DNA of 64,000 nucleotides from Orbicella franksi (Eukaryota): NCBI GenBank assembly GCA_964199315.1, contig OZ116706.1, positions 8,990,001 to 9,054,000 of the forward strand, read 5' to 3'. Shown piece by piece: positions 23,516 to 36,700 of this stretch (position 1 is its first letter; each line of letters starts with the position of its first letter). The notes under the pieces were generated by a model. It saw only the letters and a program-made list of their open reading frames with translations, ran no database searches and was not told where the DNA came from. The position numbers and the translations under genes were made by a program.

Positions 23516-24619
23516 TTGTCGTTGTCAATCAAAAATGCTATTAGTCGGGGTTGATATATATCTGAATATGGATCCCCTAGTGAGCACAGCTAAGCCCAGG
23601 GAAGCTTACGATCATAACCAAATGGACCGAAGTAGCAAATTGTCAAAGGCAAACATTGACAAGTCATATTTACCAATTCAATTGCTAAAAATATACGGCT
23701 TGAAAACCAACTGAGAAAGAAGCAAAATAACAAAACCAAAATCAAATAATAGCCATGCAAGACTAATAAAGCTGAGGATAGTGCGAAAATACAGCTTTGG
23801 GTTTCGTTTTGCTGTTAGATTAACTGAATCTCTCCTAACTGATGCGAATACGACAAACAGCCGCGATATTAAAGGCATTTTTCTTCTTAAAAACAATCAT
23901 CTCTTTCCACATTGATTTCAGCAAAGTTAATTATACATAAATTTCTAATGAGATTAGGGTCTATTTCAAGTCGACACCTTGATTCAATGCTTTAAATCAA
24001 TAGGCGTCGTTGATAAACATCTCCCCATGATCGTTTGTTGTGCATGTGTGTGCGATAAAGGAGTAAGTTGAACTGAAGGATTTAATCAAGTTGCCGGTGT
24101 CATCTACTTTCTGTTGCACTGTTCAGCTAATACATATAAGCTGGCAAAAGTCTTTTAAAGTCTTAACTATTCTTCAACAAATAATGTTCAGTAAGTAATG
24201 GGATCTAAAACTCTTTACTTACTCCAAAATGTGCCTTTAATTTCCAAACTGTTCGAAAGTACGAAATGGTCTTGTTATCTGAATAGCTTCATTGAGAATT
24301 GACTGTTCTGACAACAAAGGATGAAAAAAAAAAAAAGAACAAATCGCTTTCGTAAATTTAGTTAAAACTTCGCTGCTTTTTTCTTTCTTTGAAACCCATG
24401 AGCAGAGTAGGCGGTCATCTGTGCTCCTTGTGAAGTGTATCCTGCTTACATGTTCTTTGAGTTGTGTGTTAAAAATCATCGTAACAAAGATTTCGTTCTT
24501 TTTGAATTCGCTACAGGTAACAACTTGAAGTTGTTGATTTTGTTTGACGTTTTGTGCGTTTTGGCCTTCGACAGTGGACAGGTAATATTAATATATTTAG
24601 ATTGATTCAATACCTGTAT

Positions 24620-24930
24620 TCACTATATTCTACTGACTATATTTACAGTACTTATCTCCTACGCAGTAACACATTCAAAGTCGATAATTAGTGAAATCCC
24701 TTTTGAGGTAAGTTGGGCTGAGCAAAAGGAAACGGAAGTGCTCTCTAAGTTTCACTATTGTTCACTCAAGTGGGATCCTGCGAATGCATTCACTCTATTC
24801 TACTTAGCTCCTACGCAGTAACACATTCAAAGTCGATAATTAGTGAAATCGCTTCTGGGGTAGGAAATGGAACTACTCTCTATAAGTTCCACTATTGTTC
24901 ACAAAAGTGGGATCGTTCGAATGAATTTAA
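24620..24930. repeat. Imperfect direct duplication (~150-170 bp x2)
   Basis: CTCCTACGCAGTAACACATTCAAAGTCGATAATTAGTGAAATC and CACTATTGTTCAC...AAGTGGGATC each occur twice. Confidence 0.85.
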
Positions 24931-27743
24931 GTAAGCCTTGCGCATTCTCACAATTCGTATGCTGGGTACCGTAAAAAAAAGCACTGAAAACGTGAAGTAG
25001 GATTACATGCAAGTCTTCTTTTGAGTTACGTAATTAAAAGCTAGGTGTCAATGTACTGCTATCCTGCTCATTTTCAGGTTTAAGGCTACCGTCTTAGAAG
25101 TAAGTGATTCTTATTTCCTCTGTTGGTTATGGTCGGTTCGTGAACGCTGGACTGTAGAAAAAAAAAAAAAAAATAAGCCTTACCATGAATAGGTTGCTTG
25201 AACATTATCCCTTCCTTTTCATTCGTTATCTTTTGCTTCTTCTGTCAAAAGGTTTACTCTACCTTTTTCCTCGCAGATAGAACCATGAACCATGCTGCTG
25301 TGGATCGGGTTTGATAATAGGCTGATGGGACTGTGACGAAGTGACATAGAAGAAGAGGAGCGGTAGCGAGACTTAAATTTCAAGTTCCTTGAAATGGGTT
25401 ATAAGTTAAACACATAAAGATAAGCAATGTAGCTGGATTGAATAAAGAAGAAGTTCGCGAGAATAGCATTTTCTTAAAATGTGACATAAATGTACCCGTC
25501 TATTGCGGTCTTCGGGAAATGTTGTCCTCAAAGTTCATGCCACGTTCTTGATTGAACATTTTTCGTTATCATTTAAGACTTAGATTATTGGGTGACTGAA
25601 AATCATTGTTTGATTGAAAGTGTGATCCACTAATCTTTCAATGAAGTTAACTATTGCCCTCAGTTCAGTACCATATTTGGCTTGCATATCCATAGGCTTG
25701 TACAGCGTCAGCTACTCTTTCCCATCTAGCGCGTTTCCTTTTTTTTTTTTTACACGGTTGCCGCTCTGAGATGGAATTTTATACTTCTGCGTCAACGCAA
25801 AGATTTCATCTAACGAAAATACGTTTTCCTTGCAAATTACAGGATGTTAATCAGTCATGAGATGAACGAAAACATATTTTCCTAGTATAACACACTTGGA
25901 CGATGCATATATAGAAAAATGCATGATTGCCATTATACATGAAAGCTATTCGAGTTGATTTTCATTTGAAGAAAAAGACAATGTTTGGAGTTATCATCAC
26001 CCTTTTGCTTTCGCGCAAGGGAAATACTACCGATGTAAATGCAAACTTTAAGCTTTTATATGAACGCCGCAATCACAGATTTAGTGTTGTTAAAATTGTG
26101 AAAAATGAGGCATTCAAGTTGACGGGTCTCAGTGATCGTGCATACTATTCGTTTCATTGACTCTCTTCACTCTTTTTCAAATTGTCTTTACGTGCATTGA
26201 TAAACCAAAGAAAATATATATGTAACCGGACGCTTTGAGAACGTTTCAGCATAACAGGTGCACAATTTCCCAAAGCACTTCCATCCTTTTACAAAAGAAC
26301 ATTTAAACTGAGAAATGACTTGTCCATGAGATAGTATCACAAGGTAGTATTTTAGATTTTCTTTCTTTCTATGAACGGTTTAAAGTGTAGATCCTGATTT
26401 TATCCATAAGTATATTAGCCATTTAAGACAATATCCTTATTTATTTTGGTTGGAAAATTTTCGTCCTGCATGGTTTTAGTGCCTGACTTGATAGTCAATA
26501 CCGCATTAACTAAGTTAAAATAAACGGAACTTTTGATGTTGTAAGCCTTCCAATTAAAATCGCTTAACCTGTTCAAATATCGTCATGAAAGGGACCGTTG
26601 CTTAGCTCACGAGCTATCCAACTTTTTCTCCTTTAATCATATAAGTTTGAAAAACCAGCATCTAAAAGTCAGAATGCAAGAATGCGAAATGTAGAGTTGA
26701 TGTCGTGAAGCTGTGTTATTTCATATTAACCTTAAGAAAATTATTCGCATCTCTTTCTTTTTATTTGCAAAACGTAATTGCACCAAAAAGCAAAGTTGAT
26801 GATGTGAGATATTTTTAAAAGTGTTTTTCAACCAGTATTTACTTTATATTTTTTGCCTAAGTCGCTTTTAATTAAGGCAAACATCAATTTCTTAAGAAAA
26901 TAAAAGCTCTTGGCTTAGTAAATGGCACTACAATGTAGCCGCACACAACAGAGGTTTTGTATCCAAACATTGATTTCTTTAGCAAATGTCCGTCCGTAGC
27001 TGTTAATTACTTTAGAGTTTCTACAATGTCAACAATAAACCTGAGAGCCCAAAAGCTCTCGCGTGGAAGCAAGTTTAGTAAAAATATTAATTCTGTTTGC
27101 AGATCGAGGTTATTCAATAAGTATACCTGCCTCAACAAAAAGACAGCTTGCCTTTATAACTAGGTAGTTTTGAATTTTATTTCCAAGAAGTTGCAATCTG
27201 TCAAGCTAGCTCTCGCAACTATGCATTTAGTCCAAGGAGGACAATTGAATTTTCTGTTAGTTCTAATTGTTATACAAAGGCCTGAATGGTGGCGTTCATC
27301 CTACAGTCCCAGATCGTACTCGAGGTTTTGTCAACATATTTACAAATGCATTAAGGCCGGCAAACTAAAATACCCACAAATAACAATCGAGAACATATAA
27401 AGAAAACTGTGCTTCGTGACTTGCCATTCAGAAATCGCCGAGGAACGTTGTCGATCCCACAGTCGTTAGACTTTGAGAATTACTATCTCTGCGAAGTAAA
27501 AACGTAGAGTTGCTCGATTCAATTTATACTTATTATTTTTTTGTCTCAGTAGCGATGGCAGATAAGGATTGATGCCAAACGTTTGCGAATTGATTTTCGC
27601 GCAGATCTGAGAGAAGAAAAAAAATGCCTTTAACGCGTTTCTCAGGATTAGTTCGCTTTTCTTTATTTTAATTTCAGCGAATGAAGAACCAAAATTTCCT
27701 GTAAACTGATATTGCTACCGCTATTTTCGTTTCAGACGACAAC

Positions 27744-30321
27744 ATGAGCATTTCCATTGGACTTGGAATGTTGTGTTTTTTGTGCCTTGGCGTTGGTCAG
27801 GTAGTTATAATGATTCCCTGCGGACACACTTACATATCCTAAACCCGTTTTCCTTTACGCTCCGCTGTAAAATCGTCAGGAACGAAGGGGGCCTCCATCG
27901 GATTATGTTCTTTTAAAAGACTGTTCCCCAACAAAGTCATACTGGGTGGGAAAGATAGAAATAGAAACCCAAACGACCAATTTGGAGATGTTCATTGCAG
28001 TGTATGATAATTTTGGCCTACATCTCTGCTAGCTGGGGTTGAAAATTCTGACATTATTTTCTCTTAAATTTGTCCTTTTTTTGCTCGTTTATTGGTTACG
28101 TACCCATGGCCATGATAGCATCAAAGATGCATTCTGAAAAATCGGCTCGTTTTATGTCCCTATGTCAGCATTCTTTACTAACTAATTATTTGTCAAGAGT
28201 AGGAAAAAACAAAAACTCAGCTTTATAAATTTCCTACGTGTGTCGCTAGGTTTCCATGTCACATTTGCAGGAAGGTTTACTTCGGAAATAAAAGCTGAAT
28301 ACTCTTACTAACTAAGAAATTGTATAATTTAGTCACGGTTTTATTGAGATATGTTACGTTTCCGATTTTNNNNNNNNNNNNNNNNNNNNNNNNNNNNNNN
28401 NNNNNNNNNNNNNNNNNNNNNNNNNNNNNNNNNNNNNNNNNNNNNNNNNNNNNNNNNNNNNNNNNNNNNNNNNNNNNNNNNNNNNNNNNNNNNNNNNNNN
28501 NNNNNNNNNNNNNNNNNNNNNNNNNNNNNNTGTACTTAGATTAAAGGCTGCCTGGCGAAAGGTAAGTCTATGGATTATGCTTGTATTTTGCACAATTAAA
28601 GGACTCCTACCTTTTTAGTGTGGGAGGCGCGATGGCCTCATGGTTAGTGCGCTCGACTTCGGAGCGAGCGGTCCGGGTTCGAGCCCTGGCCGGGGACATT
28701 GTGTTGTGTTCTTTGGCAAGACACTTTACTCTCAAGCTGCCTCTCTCCACCCAGGTGTATAAATAGGTACCGGAGAAACTTAATGCTGGGGGTAACCCCA
28801 TGATGGACTAGCATCCCATCCAGTGGGCAGTAGAAATACTCCTAGTCGCTTCATGCTACTGAAACCGGGATAAGCTCCGGCCTAATGAACAACTTGGCTC
28901 GTATGCAGACTTACCTTTTCTTGCAGTTATCCTAACATAAATTTAGGAACAGTGCAATAGGTAACATTTTGGGCCGCTAATGACTACGTTTTTCTCTTGT
29001 ATTAACAGAAGACGTTTTGACGTCTTCTGTTAAAACAGCGTAGGTAAAGTCTGTGCTCGAGCCCAGCAGCCCATCATATTCCGGCGTTTATCTCCGGTCA
29101 GAGTGTATGGAAAGAAGAGAGCCTCTGTAGGAGTGAATTATCCAGCCCAAGAAAACAATACATTGATCCCGCATGTTAGATTTCCGCGCCTCCCCACATG
29201 CGGAACGTGGACTACTAAGTAGCTACTCACCTTGATTTACAGTACCCAATGATTATCTCCTTAACAAAAATCTATCTGCCAATTTTCCGCAATATTCACG
29301 GCTTAAAGCTTATTATCATTAGGAGGTAAGGAACTCTTTTGCAATAACTATTTTAATTGATTTGGAACTTCTATCTTTTGTCCTAATTAAAGAATGCAGG
29401 CCCTGTTCCATACCATGGCAGTTGGCCTATCACCACGATGGAAGCGGAAGGGCAGAGTCAGGTTGGAAGTACTCGCTGATATCTGCCGTCTTATCAGGAG
29501 CCCGTATTCGTGTGGTCATTGGGGAATCTTACAGTACCGAGGCTGACAACGTTCATGCGCACGGCAGTCACGTGTTTGCTCAACTTCTACAACATGTCAG
29601 CAAGGCGTCTTGGAATAAGTTTCAAGATAATGCCTACTGGTGGTGGGTGATCGTGTCTACTAATGGAGTGATGCAAATGACGAGGTACAACGTGGGGTCC
29701 AATACTCATCGTGGGACTAACAGCCTTAAGAGAAGTATCAAGTGGTATGTGCAGATATCTGGGCTCCTTCCAATGCCATCGTATTCTCACCTTGCCAATG
29801 GCATCAAAGTGCAGGGCAGCTTAACCAATCTAGAGAGCAGTGTAACATATGGCCATGAAATTCGATGTGTGAGTTCTAAGAGGTATTCCTTTCCACTACA
29901 TAATGTCGCAATTAACAGCCATGGAGTCAAGTGCGTTTCTGCGCAAAACGTGGACCACATAAGGACCACCTTGAGCAACAATGTCATCCAGTTTCAAAGT
30001 AATGCCTATTGGTGGTTCACAGTTGTAACTACACGTGGACTTCGCGATGCATCGCGATGGACGGTTGGGACCCGTCAGTCACGAGGTCACACCCAGGACA
30101 CCGTGGCAATTGAGTCGTTTACAGACGGTTGCTGGAAGGACGTCTTCGCCCATGATAAAAAAGGAATACGTATTTGTGGGTCACGGGAAGCACTAGTATC
30201 GGCTTTGATGTCTGGTCATCGTGTTCGTTTCCAGATACCAGAATGGAATTACTACACAGCCGAAACTGACAACCTGTCCGTCCGGCTCAGGCGCTTAAAC
30301 TCAAAATGCAAGATTTTGTAA
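27744..30321 (+). CDS. Secreted protein with ~110-aa Trp/Tyr-rich repeats, join(27744-27800, 28540-28561, 29393-30321); third repeat truncated
   Basis: Signal-peptide exon MSISIGLGMLCFLCLGVGQ (phase 0), 22-nt microexon IKGCLAK (phase 0 to 1), then ECRPCSIPW.... All junctions are GT-AG and frame-compatible. Repeat motif F-Q-x-N-A-Y-W-W...G....R-[YW]-x-V-G. Confidence 0.7.
28370..28530. other. Assembly gap (161 N)
   Basis: Run of N. Confidence 1.
28622..28918 (+). mobile_element. tRNA-derived SINE, full length
   Basis: A box TGGCCTCATGG and B box GGTTCGAGCCC. Conserved central block (TTGGCAAGACACTTTACTC...CCACCCAGGTGTATAAAT) and 3' end CGTATGCAGACTTACCTTT. Confidence 0.85.
29041..29170 (-). 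mobile_element. Degenerate inverted copy of the same SINE family
   Basis: AGGTAAAGTCTGTGCTCGAGCC...GCCCAAGAAAACAATACATTGATCCC resembles the reverse complement of the 28622 element, with an internal deletion. Confidence 0.6.
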
Positions 30322-31807
30322 TTTTTAGCCAGCTTCACTTGATTTATTGTGTATATTCATTAAGGGAAAATAAAAGCCATTTAACTTGTAAACGCTCGTG
30401 TTTAAGCTCAGACTGTTTTGTTGTCACTGTTTTTCAGTTTTTATATTCTCAATGCCCTCCAAAATGATAATAGTAATACAGTTTATGTTCTTGGGCATAA
30501 CAATGTTTTGCCCCCCTCCCAGCTCATTTTAGCCTTCGCCTAGCGGCTCGGGCTAAAATGAGTCTGAGTTGGGCCCAAAACATATTTATGCCCGCGAACA
30601 TAAATTCTACTGTTTTATTGTCGCATTCTTCCAAACTGACCTGCAATCTCCCTTGTGTGACCAAGGTAGACCTATGATGGGTCGGGTAGTGGAGAGTATC
30701 GCCATACAAGGGCGAAATGCTGTTACATGTCTATTGAGGAGCCTTATAAAGGAGAAAAATCTGCAGATTATCACAATTTTCTTTATTTGGAGGTACACAA
30801 ACTGTTTTGCACACAATCAGTTTCACCAACAGTTGTTTGCTAAGAATACTCGACACGATTGTTCACTGACAACTGCGTGCTAAAAGTACCGCGCCGTGTA
30901 CACCCAACCGGTTTTAAACGCCTACAAAGACATCAGTTATCTGAAGCAACACGACTGTCAAGAGGCACTGCTTTGATTGCTGGCATGGATACCACAGCTA
31001 CAGCAACAGCTACAGCTATAGCAAATACAACTGATAAAACTATTTCGTTCTCAAGCTCGATATATTTATTGTGGCGTTATTCCAAAAACGGTTGAGTGAC
31101 ACTGACTGTTGGCACGTCGATGCTCAGTGTCCCCAAAAACGTTAACTGTAAATATTATAACATGTGACATTTATTATTACTAATATAAGTGGGCCAGGGC
31201 TACCACTTACTCGCTACGTTTGCTTCATAGAACAGTTCACGGTCTCCTAACTGTGCAAACCCTAAAACCATTTTCAGTTTCCTCCTATCATTAAAATAAC
31301 GCCCCCTTTAGTGCGCAAAAGACATGGCAAAAACATTACTTAGATACATTCCACCTCACCCTTATTAGAGCAAAATGAGTGGCGAAAGAAATCCAAAATT
31401 CTTTTTGTGTTACTTCATTGTAGTCTGTGCTTGTTTGATAAAAACTTGTTAGAGACTAGATAACACTCGGGTCGTCTACTTAACTGATCGAAAATCATAT
31501 CCAAAACCAATATCGACCCGAGTACACCAATCCTCCCGTGCTAGCTTGGCATCGATTGCAGTGTCCGTTTATTTTCGTCACGTTTTCGTGTTTCGCCATG
31601 GGCCTGGTCTTACTACACTTATATAGCTGAACAATCAAAACAACAACAACAGATTCTGAAACTAGTGCATAATGTTACTGTTGTGTACACTTGTGCACAC
31701 TTGACACTAACGACCCTAGCTAATTCTCTGGCATGGCTGGCCCATTCTGGTCTTAATGGTGTGGCAAAAGGCCAAGCGAGAACTAATTTTACAGTAAAAC
31801 AAACAAA

Positions 31808-31811
<4 letters not shown>

Positions 31812-31860
<49 letters not shown>
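31812..31860. repeat. (TA)n microsatellite
   Basis: About 24 TA units. Confidence 0.95.
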
Positions 31861-31861
<1 letters not shown>

Positions 31862-33420
31862 CTGTAACTTACGTTATTGAGGTACTGAACCTAAAAGCCT
31901 CGTGCTTTTCGCCTATCGAACAACCCTCGCAGATAGCACCAGTTCTACGAGACACTTCCTTTACAGACCGGTCCTAGCAACAGTAGCCTGCATAGCAGGT
32001 GAACGCGAGGTAGCGCCCGAGGACTGATAGACTTGCAAAAAAGCTCCCTGAGGTCATAAGCGCGTTCCATTAGACCAACATTTGCTCTGAATATCCAAAA
32101 GTTTCTTTTGACGAGTGGAACGGCACTTTCCCTTGACTGAATCGCTTTTACATTAATTGGTGGATTCTCGTCAACTCTTTTTTTTTTTTTTGATTTTCAG
32201 AAGATAACGATGATATGATTATTACGCATTTCCTATTTCTAAAGCTCGAAAAGAATTAAATTTATTCGTATCGCAGCCCAGTCTTTCGATTCCAGCTATC
32301 CAAGATCCTCTTCGTTCAACAAGAGAAACGTGACAACTTCTTCCCAAAACAAGAAGAATAAAACTTGTTGCGGACATAGAAATATGTCTAGGAAATAATT
32401 CCTAGTCGTGTATAACGAAGAAAAATCGCCGTCTTCGAATTCTAGGTCTGTAAGAGAAAAGAGAGAAAAGAAGCTGTCTGAAACCTCTAAAATAAGCAGA
32501 CAATTTTTCTATCGTCCAAATTTTCAGAATTAGGGCAAACTCGAGAGGTTGACTTAAACTTTCGAAACGATTTTTCCGAACATTTACGTTTCATTCGTTT
32601 TTGTATTGAAATTTTGGAAAAATTCAGTCTAAAGGAACGCGCTCTAAAAGAGAGAAAAAACTGAGCATACGTTTTCCTTTATAAGAAACATTTGAAGGTA
32701 GAGGTTATACATGTATGCAGTAATTATCTTAAAGTAGATTGTAAATCACATGATGCCTATAGTAGATGTAGTTAGGTAAGGACAATCATAATTGCCATAG
32801 CTGCGTGATAGGCGGTAAAAAAACCACAACAACAACTACAATACACTTGAGAATAACTGGAGAATACTTCACAGCTTATAATTTACTCTCCTTCCACGCA
32901 AGGAATAAACTAACCTTATCTCATAAGCAGTTAACTTAAATATAAAAAAAGTACCTCTCCTCACTTCTATCTTCTCAGTACCTCTTCTCACGCTAACTTT
33001 GAAGTAACTTTTAGCTATAAGGAAACGTGCTTAATTTGACATGGAAGTTCCTGACGAAAGCTTGGGAAGAGGCTCATTCGAATTCCGAATGAAATTCATG
33101 AACAGTTCCTTTTTACCGAGAGAAAAACTGTTCCAAATGAAGGGATTTTCGTAAAGATACCAGTGGTTGCACTGCAATCCATTACTTAGACAAAAACATT
33201 TAACATGTCGCGGCTTCGCAAAAAAAAAGGCGAAAAAAGAAAACAAAATCAAAGGGGCTACATTAAGTAACAAAGCCAAGCCCTAAATTTCTAATCTGCA
33301 TGAACCTAATTTATATCGCAGGTATACTAACTGAATACTAATTATCTCCAATAAGTAACTTTGGTATTTCTAGTCTGACTTTCACCAGCCCCTTTAACAA
33401 GCACACAAGACCTGGTCTAC

Positions 33421-33704
33421 TTATTTGAACGTTATTAGATAATCTGGATAGCATTGATTATCATAGAACACAACGAAAATGCTTGGATTCGCGGGGTTAT
33501 CCACGACAGTGTCGTAAGCATCTGTGGCGTCACTTCCCTTGGGAGGTGGGGTTATCATTCCCTGGCGTCCAGTCGTGTACTCACCAACAAGGACACGTGC
33601 AAGATACATGTGACGGTTTCCGGCTCCACCTGGTGGTGAATACTTGGTCTGTGTAGAATAAGAAGCATCTCGAGCAAAATAAACGCCATTTCCAAACATA
33701 GTGG
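33421..33704 (-). CDS. PARP14-like exon 13, ART C-terminal half
   Basis: ATMFGNGVYFARDASYS...NPSIFVVFYDNQCYPDYLITFK*. Confidence 0.92.
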
Positions 33705-36700
33705 CTAAAAGCAGTAAAAGCAGAACTAGTCAGTGGATTAAAAATTTAAACTTAGGGTTAGGGTTATTGGGCTTCACGAGCATGTTACGTAAGAATGGTA
33801 TGACACTAAAAATATGAAAAGAAAAACTAAATAGTTCTTCACGCATGACAACAAACTGTAAAGTTGAAAAATCATAGTAAACCAACAGTCACTCCTTAGG
33901 CCGCAGCCGAATTTACTTGTAGCGACGGGAAACTAGAGTATTTATGGGGTGATAAGAAGAGGGCGTTTCTAACGGGGTGACACCTGAAGTGCGTTTCATG
34001 ACATGCTTTTGCTTTCTATTACAAAGTGGAGTGGTGAATCACCACACTATTTACTTAAACTTTCAAATACGTTTGCCTTATACATGCATGGTCACATCTA
34101 AGTATGACAGCGAAAATTTAAAAGGATCCTTATAGTTCATCCTTGATATACACATCAGACAAATTCTCTGTGTATCACACCTACATATACACTACGATTA
34201 AAAATACTTAGCAATTAACGACATCTTCTTTGGGCTCACGTTTCAAGGAAGTGTTCTGACGAGTGGATTTTGTTTTGCTGGACTAGAAATAATAATTTGT
34301 ATTTGCTAGGTAAAGAATTTCGCTTAGATTAGTTATTAAATTGTAATCAACTTGACTTACGGTGTAGACTCGTCCATCTAACGTTGAGAAACAAAAATGG
34401 CTAATTTTACAAGTTCGCGTAAATTTGGAGAATTCCAGTTGGAACTTACCATTCTTCCCACAATAGCTTCTGTTGAAACCAGTCTTGTTGATGCTAGCAC
34501 AGCTTCCTTCAGCTGTACCATGGAAAAGTGTTCGTTCATTGCTTCCTTTCTTCTCTTCCATTTGGTCCTTTTTTACCATATATACACGGTACAGGGCAGG
34601 GTTTTGTATTCTCTGAATCTTAGTGATGGTGATAGGGGAGGTCTTGTGAACTTCATCAGCTACCTTTTTGTACTCGTTTGCGTGGATGACAGGATCCAAT
34701 GGCACTAGATGAACCTCCTCCTCTTTGCCGAAGCTATCTTTTGGATGCACGTCCCATTCGTTTGGTAAAGGAATACCTGTTTAAAGTAATTATTTGGGAA
34801 ATCATTGTCTACATATAGAGGCTTACAAGCTATACCAACTTAAAGTCACGCGCCTCGAAAACTGTAAGACCTTCGTTACTTTCGGAATTTTACGATAGCT
34901 ATGTCACGATAAGCTGTCTTTGAGGCACTGCAAAACAGAAAAGCAGTCTGTTCATAATGGGCACACAGTAACGGTACGATAAAAACCAAAAAAACAACAA
35001 CAACAAAAAAGAAAAAAGAAACGAAAAAATGATATGACATGAGCAAAATGTCCTTATACAATATAACACACATGTAATATATAATGTAGTAAAAATAAAT
35101 TGAATAAAAAGTATTTTAAAAGAATAGTTTCACATGCTAGTGAATACGATATGTTTCTTTTCAAAACATTGGAATTAGTACTTATTGAGTACTTAACCAC
35201 ATGAGCCGTTTTAAGGTCAATATTTCTCTTTCTCTTTTTATGTATAGTACAGGCTCCCCAATTTCTATTAAAATAGTTACTTCTTATACCATGAAGTATA
35301 AGTACGATAAAATATCAGCTAGTTTTTGAAATAAACGTTACCTTTTCCAAACTCTTTTCGGACGACAACTCTTTCCTCGCCATCTTCGAAACAGGTTTCT
35401 TTCATGTCCTTGAAGACTACCTCACATCTGACATCTTCAATTACGACCATCACGGAATCGTGGCCATCGTTAAACGCGTTTTCTATCTGTAAATTAATGC
35501 TGGTGTCATAAGGTTCCCAACTGCCATCATCGTCACGAAAGAACCACTGGATGTTCTTGGCGAGAAGTTCTTCAACCCCTCGTGTGTAATCTTCCTCTAG
35601 TTGCTGGTTGAGGATCTCGTGAATCGTGGTGGCCACATCTAATACGCCTTCTACATCACCTCGTATGCTAATGCGGCCTATTGCCTCTTCAATGGTCACT
35701 GAGACATCGTGCTCTGCTTGCAAATCCCTTATTTTCCGCTTCTGCTGCTTGGAGAGCTTGCTAATCGCATCATGCTCTATCACTTTCTGTTTGCAGTGAT
35801 CAGCTACATCCTTCTCGATGTCTTTGATGACTTTATCGATATCTTGCTTAGTCCCTGCAAAGATCTCCAAGTAGCTGTCGCCTTTTGCGCTCAACATTTT
35901 CCTTGATGCTATGGCATGCGATGTTGCCAAGCCAATTTTTCCTAATCCAAACCAGCCAGCAATCTTGGATATGACGCCTGGTTCGCCCTCTTCCGACGAA
36001 CGAATGCATGCCTCCATTGCACTTCGGAACACCTTTAACATGTGCGGCTCATAGATTACAATTCGAATAGAGCTAATTGATTTTGGCTGCTCTTGAGCAA
36101 ACTTGGAAAATGCCAGCAACATCCCTTCAGCAGCTTCTTTCACGTCTTTTCCGATGTTACCAGTTCCAACAGCTGGGAAAGATACCGAAGTCAGTCCACT
36201 GGAGTCAGCTTTCCGTAGACAAGTAACGATGCAATCTTTGATAGACCGCATGGACGACATTGTGTCCGGAACCATGTGGTAAATGTTTCTTACATTTAAT
36301 TTTCCTGCTCCAGTAACTGCAACAGAACCTGATGATTGGAAACCTAGGGATAAGCATTCTTGCTGAATTGTTGGTCCTCCAGCATTTAGAATTGCCGTTC
36401 CAACGCCGCCGCCTACTGCTAACTTGTCGTTGGACAAAATCGCAATTGCATCGGTAACCTCTTTGGTAATGTCACCAGTTTCAACTTGAACAGTGATGGC
36501 GCCCATTGTGATTTCAGGCTTTATGTGATCTAATTCTTCATCCACTATCTCAAAAGCGTCTAAGTCGTCTGGATCAGAACTTTTGATGGTCACCCCAGGC
36601 GATCTGCCACGCTTCTTTTTTTCACTTCCAGCTGCTGCTGAAGGCGGTAGCCCGGGTTGACTTCCCTTCCTTGTTTGAAGTTCAGCCTGAAACGCTTTTA

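Noticed and set aside
23226-23714. Poly-Lys and poly-Leu ORFs
   Set aside because: They are translations of the (AAG)n microsatellite.
25279-25312. Possible upstream exon of the secreted-protein gene
   Set aside because: It has a good acceptor but a weak donor and no supporting evidence.
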